Below are positions 1 to 12,123 of a DNA stretch of 64,000 bases, piece by piece. The notes under the pieces are model-generated. The model was not told the DNA's origin. It made no database searches and worked only from the letters and a program-made list of their open reading frames with translations. The first letter of the stretch is position 1; each line of letters opens with the position of its first letter. The position numbers were made by a program, and so were the translations under genes. Source of the stretch: Alphaproteobacteria bacterium (lineage in GTDB: Bacteria; Pseudomonadota; Alphaproteobacteria; Rickettsiales; UBA8987); assembly GCA_031426355.1 (NCBI GenBank), contig JANPLD010000027.1:18907-82906 (forward strand), given 5' to 3'.

Positions 1-107
1 TATGTAAAAATTTATATACTGACCCATAAAATAAGTGGTTTACACGAAAATGATTTTATTCTAGCCAGTAAGATCGATAAATTAGTTTAATTATAAATAT
101 CATTAAA

Positions 108-572
108 ATGACAATAGAATCAAAATTAAAGGAACTTGGTATTAATATACCTGATGTAGGTAAACCGGTTGCATCTTATGTGCCGTTCACAATTGCAAAT
201 AACATAGTTTATGTTTCAGGTCAGCTTCCTGCTGAGAGCGGAGATATTAAAGTTGCGGGTATTGTTGGAAAGGATGTATCCCTTGAAGACGCTCAAAAAG
301 CTGCAAGAATTTGCGCGATAAATCTTATAGCTGTTGTTAAGGCTGCCTGTAATGGTGACCTTTCTAAAGTTAAAAAGGTTCTCAATTTAACCGTTTTGGT
401 TGCGAGTTCTCCTGATTTTACTTCTCAGCATCTAGTTGCTAATGGTGCCTCTGATCTGTTTGTTGAAGTATTCGGTAATGAAATAGGCTCACATTCCCGC
501 GCGGCATTCGGCATAGCTTCTATTCCACGTAATGGCGCGGTTGAGATTGCCGGCATCTTCGAGATCAGTTAA
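108..572 (+). CDS. RidA/YjgF-family (endoribonuclease L-PSP-like) protein
   Basis: 154-aa ORF. The sequence pattern is typical of the YjgF/YER057c/UK114 fold (VYVSGQLP..., C-terminal RAAFGIASIPRNGAVEI). Confidence 0.8.
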   Translation: MTIESKLKELGINIPDVGKPVASYVPFTIANNIVYVSGQLPAESGDIKVAGIVGKDVSLEDAQKAARICAINLIAVVKAACNGDLSKVKKVLNLTVLVASSPDFTSQHLVANGASDLFVEVFGNEIGSHSRAAFGIASIPRNGAVEIAGIFEIS

Positions 573-573
573 T

Positions 574-1215
574 ATGTTAACAGGCCCCATAATAGAACCA
601 AGATCAGGTAAGGTGTCCCATTTGGTAATTATGCTGCATGGTGTTGGAGCTGATGGTGAAAACCTTATCCAGCTTGCCAATGATTTCAGGGATATACTTC
701 CTGATGCATATTTTGTAGCTCCTAACGGGCCGCAGAAATATAATGTTGGGGAAGGTTTTGTGGGTGATGTGGGATATCAATGGTTCCCGCTTTGGGGGAA
801 ATCACTTCCGGAATTAATTGAAGGGGCGAATAACGCTACAAAAATCCTCAAGGAATATATTGATGGTCTTCTTAAAAAATTAGGTCTGGATTATTCGAAA
901 TTGATATTAATGGGTTTTTCGCAAGGTTCTATAACTGCGGTGCATTCATCAATAATGTTTTCAGAGAAATGTCTGGCGGTTGTTGGTTTTTCAGGAGCGA
1001 TACTGACTGAGAATCAAGTTGCCTCAAAGCCGGATATCTGCCTTATCCATGGTGAGAATGATGATGTGGTGCCATTCCAGCAGACAGTTTTTGCTGAGCG
1101 TAAATTAAAAGCTATTGGTGTAAATGTTGAAATCCATTTGCTGGATAATCTTGGCCACTGGATTGAGGAAAGAGGAATAAAAATTGCGAAGAATTTCCTT
1201 AGAAAGAGGATTTAA
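574..1215 (+). CDS. alpha/beta hydrolase, phospholipase/carboxylesterase family
   Basis: GFSQG nucleophile elbow and an HGxxDxVVP motif. The ORF track starts at 532, which overlaps the upstream gene. The in-frame ATG at 574, just after the RidA stop, is the more likely start. Confidence 0.8.
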   Translation: MLTGPIIEPRSGKVSHLVIMLHGVGADGENLIQLANDFRDILPDAYFVAPNGPQKYNVGEGFVGDVGYQWFPLWGKSLPELIEGANNATKILKEYIDGLLKKLGLDYSKLILMGFSQGSITAVHSSIMFSEKCLAVVGFSGAILTENQVASKPDICLIHGENDDVVPFQQTVFAERKLKAIGVNVEIHLLDNLGHWIEERGIKIAKNFLRKRI

Positions 1216-1219
1216 ATAA

Positions 1220-2017
1220 ATGAAAATAGCTACCTGGAATATTAACTCGGTTCGTTTGCGTTTACCTATAGTTCTCAAATTTCTGAAAGAGCATAATATT
1301 GATGTTCTCTGTTTGCAGGAAACCAAGGCTGAGGATGATAAATTCCCGGCGCTTGATCTGGCGTCTGGCGAATATAAGCATTTATATTTTACTGGGCAAA
1401 AATCGTACAATGGTGTTGCGATAATTTCGCGTATACCATTTAAGCCTAATGATAAGCTTTCTTTAGTTAATGAAGATAAAAGGCATATCTCCGCCCTTTT
1501 TGAGAAGGGCAAGAAGAAGATAGAGCTACATAATATTTATATCCCGGCGGGTGGTGATATTCCTGATCCGGTATTGAATACAAAATTCCAGCATAAGCTG
1601 GATTATAATAGGGAGCTTAAGAAATGGTTCTCTAAGAACCGCACTAAATCAGATAATGTAATAGTTGTTGGTGACCTGAATATTGCACCATATGAGCATG
1701 ATGTGTGGAGCCATAAGCAACTTCTTAATGTTGTATCACATACGCCGATCGAAGTTGAATTGCTTACTGAATTCCGCAAATCCGTAGATTTTGTTGATAT
1801 TGCGCGGGAATTTGTACCGCATAATGAGAAATTATATAGCTGGTGGAGTTATCGTAATCAGGACTGGAAAAAATCTAACCGTGGCCGCAGGCTTGACCAT
1901 ATATGGGTTACTGAGCCGCTTAAATCTTCAGTCAAAAGTTTCTCAATACATAAGGGTGCGCGGGATTTTATCCAGCCATCAGACCATGTTCCGGTAATTA
2001 CCGAGATTGATTTTTGA
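1220..2017 (+). CDS. xthA: exodeoxyribonuclease III
   Basis: 265 aa. N-terminal MKIATWNINSVR, QETK, and C-terminal SDHVPV motifs of the ExoIII/APE1 EEP family. Confidence 0.9.
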   Translation: MKIATWNINSVRLRLPIVLKFLKEHNIDVLCLQETKAEDDKFPALDLASGEYKHLYFTGQKSYNGVAIISRIPFKPNDKLSLVNEDKRHISALFEKGKKKIELHNIYIPAGGDIPDPVLNTKFQHKLDYNRELKKWFSKNRTKSDNVIVVGDLNIAPYEHDVWSHKQLLNVVSHTPIEVELLTEFRKSVDFVDIAREFVPHNEKLYSWWSYRNQDWKKSNRGRRLDHIWVTEPLKSSVKSFSIHKGARDFIQPSDHVPVITEIDF

Positions 2018-2040
2018 ATTTTCTCCGCTAATACAGTCCC

Positions 2041-3753
2041 ATGAACATATATTCCATATACAGAGACAAGATAATTGAAATCTGCGGCAGGTTATTTCCT
2101 GAAGTGGATAAAGCTGCGTTTAAAAATATCGTTGTTGAAAGCCCGAAAGAAGCAAAATTTGGTGATCTGGCTGTCAATGCGGCGATGGTGCTTGCGAAGC
2201 CACTTAGCCAGAAGCCACAGGACATAGCAAATAAAATCCTCGAAGAGATAAATAAACTTCCTGAAGTTCAGAAGGCTGAAATAGCTGGTGCGGGATTTAT
2301 AAATATTACTCTAAAAAATAAGATTTTCTACAAAGTGTTAGAGGTTATTCTTAATAATCCAAATGAGTATGGAAGATCTAATGTCGGGGCAGGGGAGAAA
2401 ATTAATATTGAGTTCCTTTCTGCAAACCCAACTGGCCCAATGCATATAGGGCACGCACGTAATGCGGTTGTTGGTGATGTGCTTTGTAACTTGCTTTCAG
2501 CTACTGGTTATGATGTTGTTCGTGAATATTATGTCAATGACGCAGGTGGACAGATAGAGGTTTTAGCAAAATCTGCATTCCTTCGTTATAAGCAGGCACT
2601 TGGTGTTGATATAGGCGAGATACCAGCGGGATTATATCCGGGTGAATATCTGGTTGATGTTGCTGAAAATTTCAAAAAAATACATGGTAATAAATTCCTG
2701 AATGATGAAAAATATCCTCAGGAATTAAAAGAGTTCGCGATCTCTGAAATGCTTACGCTTATTAAAAGTGACCTTAAAGACCTTGGTGTTCATTTTGATA
2801 TATTTGCTTCTGAGAAAAAGCTTTATGAAGATAAGAAACTTGAAGCTTCGCTTGAGTATTTAAAAGATCAGAATCTGCTTTATCGTGGTATACTGGAAGC
2901 GCCAAAGGGTAAGCCAATTGAAGATTATGAGCCTCGTGAGCAGTTGCTTTTTAAAGCAACGGAATGTGGTGATGATGTTGACAGGCCACTTCAAAAATCT
3001 GATGGTACTTATACTTATTTTTCAGGCGATATAGCTTATCATTTTGATAAAGTTTCGCGTGGATTTAAGAAGCTAGTTCTGGTTCTTGGTGCTGATCATG
3101 GTGGTTATGTTAAGCGTTTAGGTGCGGTTGTATCAGCGCTTTCAAATAAGAAAACGGAGCTGAAAGTTCTGCTTTCGCAATTAGTAAAAGTTGTTGAGAA
3201 TGGTTTGCCTGTGAAGATGTCCAAAAGGGCAGGGAACTTCATAACCATGTCAGAGGTTTTGGAAAAAGTTGGTAAAGATGTTCTGCGTTTTATAATGCTT
3301 ACAAAAAAATCAGATACTGCGCTTGATTTCGATATCAAGAAAGTTGTGGAAACAACTAAAGATAATCCAGTTTTTTATGTGCAATATGCTCATGCGCGTA
3401 TCAATTCAGTAAAAAGGAAAGCGGAAGAATCTAATATAAAAATTGCTGATCCTGATCTTAAATTGCTTTCACACGAGCTTGAGATCTCTCTTATCAAGAA
3501 AATCTCTGAGTTTCCTAAAATAGTTGAATCTTCAGCGCTTCACTATGAACCGCACCGTATAACATTCTATTTATATGAGCTTGCAAGCGAGTTTCACCAG
3601 CTCTGGAATATAGGGAAAGATGAAGGTATCAATTTTGTTGATGAAAAGAACCCGGCCTTGACTGAGGCAAGATTAGCACTAGTTGAAGCTTGTCGTATCA
3701 CTATATCGGGTGGGTTAAGGTTACTTGGTGTTGAACCAGTTGAAAGAATGTAG
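2041..3753 (+). CDS. argS: arginine--tRNA ligase
   Basis: 570 aa. Class I HIGH-type motif (PTGPMHIGHARN), an MSKR (KMSKS-like) motif, and a C-terminal anticodon-binding region ending in M. Confidence 0.95.
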   Translation: MNIYSIYRDKIIEICGRLFPEVDKAAFKNIVVESPKEAKFGDLAVNAAMVLAKPLSQKPQDIANKILEEINKLPEVQKAEIAGAGFINITLKNKIFYKVLEVILNNPNEYGRSNVGAGEKINIEFLSANPTGPMHIGHARNAVVGDVLCNLLSATGYDVVREYYVNDAGGQIEVLAKSAFLRYKQALGVDIGEIPAGLYPGEYLVDVAENFKKIHGNKFLNDEKYPQELKEFAISEMLTLIKSDLKDLGVHFDIFASEKKLYEDKKLEASLEYLKDQNLLYRGILEAPKGKPIEDYEPREQLLFKATECGDDVDRPLQKSDGTYTYFSGDIAYHFDKVSRGFKKLVLVLGADHGGYVKRLGAVVSALSNKKTELKVLLSQLVKVVENGLPVKMSKRAGNFITMSEVLEKVGKDVLRFIMLTKKSDTALDFDIKKVVETTKDNPVFYVQYAHARINSVKRKAEESNIKIADPDLKLLSHELEISLIKKISEFPKIVESSALHYEPHRITFYLYELASEFHQLWNIGKDEGINFVDEKNPALTEARLALVEACRITISGGLRLLGVEPVERM

Positions 3754-3796
3754 TATTGGTTGCCCCTACCATCAGATGGCAATTTAGGAGATTAAA

Positions 3797-4774
3797 ATGG
3801 ATAAGCGCCCTTCAAAAATAACTATAGAGAATGAGGAAAACCAGTCATCATTATTCCTGCCTGTATTTGCAATCGTTGCATTAGGGCTGTTCTTAACTCT
3901 TTGCTGGTATGCCTATAATTATTACATAGATCAGCAGAAGAAGGGAGACGTTTATTATATCAAGGCCGATAAATCCCCTCTTAAAGTTAAGCCTGATAAT
4001 CCGGGTGGTCTAGTTGTTGAAAATCAGGATAAGCAAATATTCAACGCAATGGTTGGTAATGCTGAAAATCTTGATGGTAAAATAAATACTGTTGAAGCTG
4101 AAGAGCCTGCAAGTAAGGAAGATATCGCAAATGCAGTGAAAGTATCTGCAGGTGGTGGCAGTGATGATGAAGTTCCTGAAGAGTTCAAGGACACTGATAC
4201 GCAGATATCAGAAGAAGCCGCTCAGATAAACCTTCCTGGCGCTGACGATAACAAAACAGAAGGTAAAACTATCGGGCAAGCTCCTGTGGTAGTTGATAAT
4301 GAAACCAAGGCTGATGTAAAAGCCGAGCCGGAAGTAACTCCTGAAGTTAAGGTTGAAGCTGTTGATCCGGAAGTTAAAAAAGAAGCTCCTAAAAATGATT
4401 ACGTTGTTACTAAAGAGAAAGATGAAGCAACTGGAGCTAATAAAACTACGGTGACTTTAAAAGCTGATGAAAAGCCTGCTAAAGCTGCGGCTCCTGCGCC
4501 TAAGTCAATGGGTGGTAAGGTTGGTGGCAAAGGTTTTTATGTTCAGATAAGTTCTCATAAGAATATGGCTGACCTTGAAGGTGGCTGGAAGAAATTTTCT
4601 TCTAAATTCTCTTCAGTTTATTCTGGAGTTTCGCGTAATGTTACTGAAGCGACTATTAATGGCGCAAAGTTCTACCGTTTAAGCTTCGGTCCTTATTCAG
4701 ATAGAAATGCAGCAATTGCAAAATGCACAACGCTTAAAGCGCAAAAACAAGATTGCCTGGTGCAGGCATATTAA
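3797..4774 (+). CDS. SPOR domain-containing membrane protein
   Basis: N-terminal TM helix, an acidic Lys/Glu/Pro-rich linker, and a C-terminal SPOR-like module (GFYVQISSHKN...YRLSFGPYSDRNAAIAKC). Confidence 0.75.
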   Translation: MDKRPSKITIENEENQSSLFLPVFAIVALGLFLTLCWYAYNYYIDQQKKGDVYYIKADKSPLKVKPDNPGGLVVENQDKQIFNAMVGNAENLDGKINTVEAEEPASKEDIANAVKVSAGGGSDDEVPEEFKDTDTQISEEAAQINLPGADDNKTEGKTIGQAPVVVDNETKADVKAEPEVTPEVKVEAVDPEVKKEAPKNDYVVTKEKDEATGANKTTVTLKADEKPAKAAAPAPKSMGGKVGGKGFYVQISSHKNMADLEGGWKKFSSKFSSVYSGVSRNVTEATINGAKFYRLSFGPYSDRNAAIAKCTTLKAQKQDCLVQAY

Positions 4775-4779
4775 TAGGG

Positions 4780-4868
4780 CTTAGGGGTTGGGGTTTAGGA
4801 ATTAGAAAATGGATGATATTTCTTCAGTTTTAAAGCCAACCCCTAATCTCCAAACCCTAACCCCCAAG
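4780..4868. repeat. G-rich/C-rich palindromic element (26-nt arms, 37-nt AT-rich spacer) spanning the start of the following CDS
   Basis: The left arm at 4780-4805 (cttaggggttggggtttaggaattag) matches the reverse complement of 4843-4868 at 21/26 positions by manual alignment. The ATG of the next ORF (4809) lies in the spacer. Confidence 0.5.
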
Positions 4869-5951
4869 TCTATCGTCGGTTTTGATACCGGAATAAAAGA
4901 TAATATATATTTTCTTAGTGATGATTTTTTTGAAGGCAAGCTTAGGCCTTACTTGAATTCTATCCTTCCTGATAAAGATTTTAATAAGTCAAAAATTGAA
5001 ATTCCTTCACGTGAAATATTGAAGCTGATAAAGGATTTTCTTAACAATAATAATATTCCTACAAGCTTTACATATGGCGGAACGACCGCAAATATTTTCT
5101 ATAATATCAGCTCCATACTTAATTATTTTAGATCTAATATTGATATAAAATTTGTTGCAACGGGTAAAGAATCCCTTGATGACCTCAAGAAGAAAAATGT
5201 AAAAATCCTTCTTTCTAAAAAAAGTAGTAATTATGCTGAATCAGTTCTGATATATCTTGGTAATAGCCGTTCCAAGCGGACACTTATATATCGCGGTGAC
5301 TTCCAGAAAGTAATATCGGAAAATATTGAAGATGTTAGGTCCCAGGTTTTTCAGGATAATACATTATATATGTTAATGGGTTCCGTTCTTGGTAAAATAG
5401 GTCAGGAGAGTTTTTCAAATATAGTTTCATGTATAAAACAGCTCGGGAACTCCGTATATACGCTTAATCTGCCTACGGACAAAGACACCTCTGTTAAATA
5501 TAATGAGTACCTCTTTGAGCTTATCAGTGGTGCTGCGATAACATTCTCAAATCTTGAGGAGCTATGCTTTCTTTCTGGTTTGAATTTTAGGGAAAAAGAC
5601 TGTTTTGATCTGGGGCAAAATCCCAATGATAATGCTAAATCTGTTTTGAATAGTTTGCAGAGAAATCTCTCGGAGGGTGCTCATGGGCTCATTACTGCGG
5701 GTGAATTTGGAGCGTTTTTAGTGTTTAAAACTGATTATCTATTTATTCCCGCAGTTGAATTTGAAGGGACACCTTATTCAAATGGGGCAGGAGATACTAC
5801 GATAGGTGTTTATATATCTTCTCTTTTGCTTGGTGATAGTCCTGAGATCTCACTGTGGATAGCCATGGAATGCGCTTCCAGCAAGCTTAAGGTCAATTCT
5901 TCAAGGTTGTTTGATATTGGTAAACATTACGCAAAAATTGGCGGCAAATAG
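4809..5951 (+). CDS. PfkB-like sugar/nucleoside kinase family protein (divergent)
   Basis: 380 aa. C-terminal GAGDTTIG motif typical of the PfkB/ribokinase fold, and an N-terminal GGTTAN segment. Otherwise divergent. The first ~20 codons are encoded by the palindromic repeat. Confidence 0.5.
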   Translation: MDDISSVLKPTPNLQTLTPKSIVGFDTGIKDNIYFLSDDFFEGKLRPYLNSILPDKDFNKSKIEIPSREILKLIKDFLNNNNIPTSFTYGGTTANIFYNISSILNYFRSNIDIKFVATGKESLDDLKKKNVKILLSKKSSNYAESVLIYLGNSRSKRTLIYRGDFQKVISENIEDVRSQVFQDNTLYMLMGSVLGKIGQESFSNIVSCIKQLGNSVYTLNLPTDKDTSVKYNEYLFELISGAAITFSNLEELCFLSGLNFREKDCFDLGQNPNDNAKSVLNSLQRNLSEGAHGLITAGEFGAFLVFKTDYLFIPAVEFEGTPYSNGAGDTTIGVYISSLLLGDSPEISLWIAMECASSKLKVNSSRLFDIGKHYAKIGGK

Positions 5952-6123
5952 CGTATTTCAAAGAAGTGTATTTTACGATTCACTTATTATAAAATTTTGA
6001 TATAATAATTACCCTTGTGTTTAGTTATTTAAATTTACCTTAGTGAGAATCTTTAAAATAACCTATTGAAATTCAAGCGCTATAATAAATATCAAAATTT
6101 TTATGATTTTTTTATATTTGTTG

Positions 6124-6152
6124 TTGACTTCAATTTTGGTTACGACTATACA
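6124..6152 (+). promoter_or_regulatory. candidate sigma70-type promoter for the 23S-5S unit
   Basis: TTGACT (6124-6129), 17-nt spacer, TATACA (6147-6152), about 300 nt upstream of the mature 23S 5' end. There is no other support. Confidence 0.3.
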
Positions 6153-6454
6153 CTCGACTCCCAACCGATAGGAAACTAAAAAGTTGGATAGCTTTTTAAA
6201 ATTGTGAATAACGGCATTAGATTGTTGATCAATCAAAAGTTGAGTTGATGTTTGCACTTGAAATATAGTGCGAGACAAACAAATTATCATATGACCTATC
6301 GTTAGGTTGTATGAACAAATAATAATGTATCTGCTTTGTAGAAGTTTAGTTCTGCATTAGATCATTGTAATCTCAAAAATTAATAAGTTTTAGTATTGTG
6401 AATAGCAATGCTGGAACCAGCAAAAAATCGTAATAATTTTTTATGTTTATAAAA

Positions 6455-9266
<2,812 letters not shown>

Positions 9267-9387
9267 TTATATATTTTAATTTACTGAGATTATGATGACT
9301 CTATTGCGGTACTAAAATGCTGCACTGGTAGATACATACATAAACTTTTGTTGATCACTCTAGTAAACTAATGCAAACTCTTTCTTT

Positions 9388-9503
9388 GTCTGGTGGTTAT
9401 GGCTAAGGGGACACACCTGATCCCATCCCGAACTCAGAAGTTAAGCCCTTACGCGCTGATGATACTATGACTTAAGTCATGGGAAAGTAAGTCGCTGCCA
9501 GAC
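9388..9503 (+). rRNA. rrf: 5S ribosomal RNA
   Basis: 116 nt. The terminal helix pairs gtctggtgg with ctgccagac. The conserved CCCATCCCGAACTCAGAAGTTAAGC loop-C/helix III region is present. Confidence 0.9.
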
Positions 9504-9677
9504 TAAAAAAGAGTTTGTTATTAGAGATTTAGATTAATTTAATTGCCGTTATTCACTATTTTAAAAAGACTCATTATCTTTTTCTTTTATTTCATTTCAT
9601 TCGCATTAATTTTACCTTTTTGGTACAATTTTCTACGCCAATTTTATTTGCTCAAATATTATTTAAATTATTTTAAA

Positions 9678-9715
9678 AGGTTTTAAAAAGAAAATAAGGT
9701 TTTAAAAAGAAAATT
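9678..9715. repeat. 19-bp tandem direct repeat (2 copies) in AT-rich spacer
   Basis: aggttttaaaaagaaaata followed by aggttttaaaaagaaaatt, 18/19 identical and head to tail. Confidence 0.6.
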
Positions 9716-9975
9716 AGGATTTACCAAATAAGTTTGGATAAAAGAGAAGGGTAATTTATAAGAATAATGGATTTTTGAGCTTAAAGTCAAAGCTATGCTT
9801 TCAAAAAAATATAAATAAAGTCTACATTTATAAGAAAGCATTATTAAGAAATAAAAAATAAATGTGATTCTGCATATTTTGTTATAACATAACATTAGAT
9901 GTTGATATTTAAATTTTTGAGTTTATATCTTTTGGAATTGGTAGTAATTTGATAATCAATTTTTTGGAGAATAAC

Positions 9976-10242
9976 ATGCATACTCACTCACTTTTCTGGC
10001 ACACTATACACTATCTTCCACTTATCCTTATTATTGCAGCTTTTGTTGCAAGCTTCTTTTCTTCAAAATTAGCTTCTGTTGCTAAAAAATACATTACGGC
10101 TTTTGCTGTGTTTGGATTTTCTGCTCACTTAGTTGATAGTGGTTTTGAATTCGGTCATGCTTTTGAACCTTGCTATGCTTACATCGCTGTAATGGCTGGT
10201 GTTGCGGTTGCTTCAGTTAAAAAAGCTTTCGTTAAAGCTTAA
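9976..10242 (+). CDS. small hydrophobic membrane protein (hypothetical)
   Basis: The ATG at 9976 is preceded by GGAG (9966-9969). The track start at 9949 is a TTG with no RBS. Two or three predicted TM segments. A strong terminator follows. Confidence 0.5.
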   Translation: MHTHSLFWHTIHYLPLILIIAAFVASFFSSKLASVAKKYITAFAVFGFSAHLVDSGFEFGHAFEPCYAYIAVMAGVAVASVKKAFVKA

Positions 10243-10265
10243 TATTGTTTTTTAGAGATATTTAT

Positions 10266-10293
10266 AAGGGCATCTTCGGATGCCCTTTTTTTA
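10266..10293 (+). terminator. Rho-independent terminator
   Basis: The gggcatc and gatgccc arms flank a ttcg loop, followed by a run of 7 T. Confidence 0.75.
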
Positions 10294-10342
10294 TTTTTAA
10301 ATTAGTTTATAAATTTTGTAATAATCAATTTGTTCAATCACA

Positions 10343-11608
10343 ATGCTTCTTTCAGGTTTTATAGTATTATTAATTCTAATTGTAGTTTCAGGGTTTTTCT
10401 CCGCTGCTGAAACTGGTATCACTGCTTCCAGTAAAGCGAAGATCCATAAATTAAAAATGGAAGGTAACAAAAAGGCTAAGTTAATAACAAAACTTCTTAC
10501 TAAAAAAGATCGTCTGATAAGTACTATTCTAGTTGGTAATAATATGGCGAACAGCGCGGCCTCAGCATTTGCGGCAGCTTTAGCGATTAATATTTTTGGT
10601 AACCAGGGTGAAGCTATATTTTATGTAACAATAATTATTACATTAGTAATAATTGTCTTTGCGGAAGTTCTTCCTAAAACTTTTGCCCTTATGTATTCGG
10701 AAAAGGTAGCACTAGGAGTAGCGCCGATAATTTATGTACTTACGAAGATATTATCACCGCTAACTTTTTTTATAGAAAAAGTAGTAAATTATCTGATCCA
10801 GATATTCCATTTAAGAAATCCCGGCTTGCTTCAGGTAGTACACGGTCTTGATGTAATACGTGGTGCAGTTGAACTGCACCACGAGCAGGGCGAAGTTGTG
10901 AAAGAAGATAGGGATATGTTAGGCGGCTTACTCGATCTTGATAACATTGAGGTGTCAGAAATAATGAAGCACCGTAAATATATTGAGGCTTTTGATATTG
11001 AAATGGATTGTGAGGAATTACTCTCAAAGGTTCTATCAAGCCAGTATACCCGTATCCCGGTATATAAAGATAATCCTGATAATATTATTGGTATCCTGCA
11101 TAGTAAAACTTTTATCAAAGCTTTGCATGAGCAGGCTTTGGGAAATATCAATAGTCTTAATATCAGGGAAGTATTGACGGAACCATGGTTTGTACCTGAT
11201 ACTACAACATTACGTGAGCAATTGATCGCTTTCCGCGAAAAACACAGCCATTACGCACTTGTTGTAGATGAATACGGAACTCTACTTGGCCATATAACCC
11301 TTGAGGATGTTTTAGAAGAAATTGTCGGTAATATTGAAGATGAGCATGATAAAAAAATCCGTAAAATAGAAGAGGCGCTTGATGGTTCTTTCATAGTCGA
11401 TGGAACGATCCCTATACGTGATCTTAACCGTGAGCTTGATCTGAATTTCCCATCAGATGATGCTAATACTATTGCGGGTCTAATAATTAATAATGCAGAA
11501 ACAATCCCAACAGTAGGGCAGGCATTCAGTTTTTACGGATATAGGTTTGAGATAATGAAGAAAAAACGTAATCAGGTAACTAAGATAAAGATAAGTAAAG
11601 TTTACTGA
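10343..11608 (+). CDS. HlyC/CorC-family transporter (CNNM/DUF21 TM domain + CBS pair + CorC_HlyC C-terminal domain; TlyC-like)
   Basis: 421 aa. N-terminal SGFFSAAETG motif, AEVLPKT, a central CBS pair, and a C-terminal transporter-associated domain. Confidence 0.9.
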   Translation: MLLSGFIVLLILIVVSGFFSAAETGITASSKAKIHKLKMEGNKKAKLITKLLTKKDRLISTILVGNNMANSAASAFAAALAINIFGNQGEAIFYVTIIITLVIIVFAEVLPKTFALMYSEKVALGVAPIIYVLTKILSPLTFFIEKVVNYLIQIFHLRNPGLLQVVHGLDVIRGAVELHHEQGEVVKEDRDMLGGLLDLDNIEVSEIMKHRKYIEAFDIEMDCEELLSKVLSSQYTRIPVYKDNPDNIIGILHSKTFIKALHEQALGNINSLNIREVLTEPWFVPDTTTLREQLIAFREKHSHYALVVDEYGTLLGHITLEDVLEEIVGNIEDEHDKKIRKIEEALDGSFIVDGTIPIRDLNRELDLNFPSDDANTIAGLIINNAETIPTVGQAFSFYGYRFEIMKKKRNQVTKIKISKVY

Positions 11609-12015
11609 CTATTAGCCGGATAATAACCGTTAGCGCCCATAACAGGTTGTTGATAGTAAGGAAGGTTGTTTTGCATTATAGCGCCATTGTTAAATGTTCC
11701 CGGCGCTGCATATCCAAGTGATCCATAAGGGCTGTTATAAGAAGGCATTGAAGCCTGTTGAACTGGTGGTGGTGCAACTGGTGAAGCGGTGTTACCGATA
11801 TTCCTTCCGGTAGCATAAGGATCAGTAAATAATACTGGAACTGTATTTTGAGTAGGTGCCCTGTTACTAACTGCGAATATAGTACTTTCATCAGCCTGTC
11901 TTGTATACCCCGCAACTGTTGGAGTATAATTTTTATCGACAAGTTCCTGCATGCACGCGGTTGAAGCAAATGCACAGGCTATTGTACAAAAAATATTTAT
12001 TGACTTGTTTGCCAT
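11602..12015 (-). CDS. putative lipoprotein, Pro/Gln/Tyr/Asn-rich (hypothetical)
   Basis: Signal peptide with a lipobox-like AFASTAC, followed by a low-complexity mature part. No recognisable family. Confidence 0.45.
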   Translation of the reverse strand: MANKSINIFCTIACAFASTACMQELVDKNYTPTVAGYTRQADESTIFAVSNRAPTQNTVPVLFTDPYATGRNIGNTASPVAPPPVQQASMPSYNSPYGSLGYAAPGTFNNGAIMQNNLPYYQQPVMGANGYYPANSQ

Positions 12016-12123
12016 ATATTAATATGTAGCTCGTAATAAATGTGCTTTCTATCATATTGAAACTAAACCAAATTCCTATATATCACTTTATTTTACTTTT
12101 TCAATATAAATTGAAGGAAGATC

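Noticed and set aside
532-573. N-terminal extensions given by the ORF track: 532 for the esterase, 21001 for glmS, 61691 for the FAH protein and 9949 for the small membrane protein
   Set aside because: These extensions use non-ATG starts or overlap the upstream gene. For glmS, the catalytic Cys must follow the initiator Met directly (MCGIIG at 21025). The downstream ATGs fit RBS spacing or family N-termini better.
4777-4868. Telomere-like TTAGGG/TTGGGG units and G-quadruplex potential in the G-rich repeat arms, also at 56088-56120
   Set aside because: The resemblance to eukaryotic telomere repeats is limited to two or three short units and is best explained as part of the palindromic repeat family. 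G-quadruplex formation is possible (four G-tracts at 56088-56120), but one loop is long and there is no supporting evidence.
6063-6290. 75-aa minus-strand ORF in the rRNA leader
   Set aside because: It is low-complexity Ile/Lys/Phe-rich translation of AT-rich leader DNA with no RBS. The region is better explained as the rRNA promoter, leader and processing stem.
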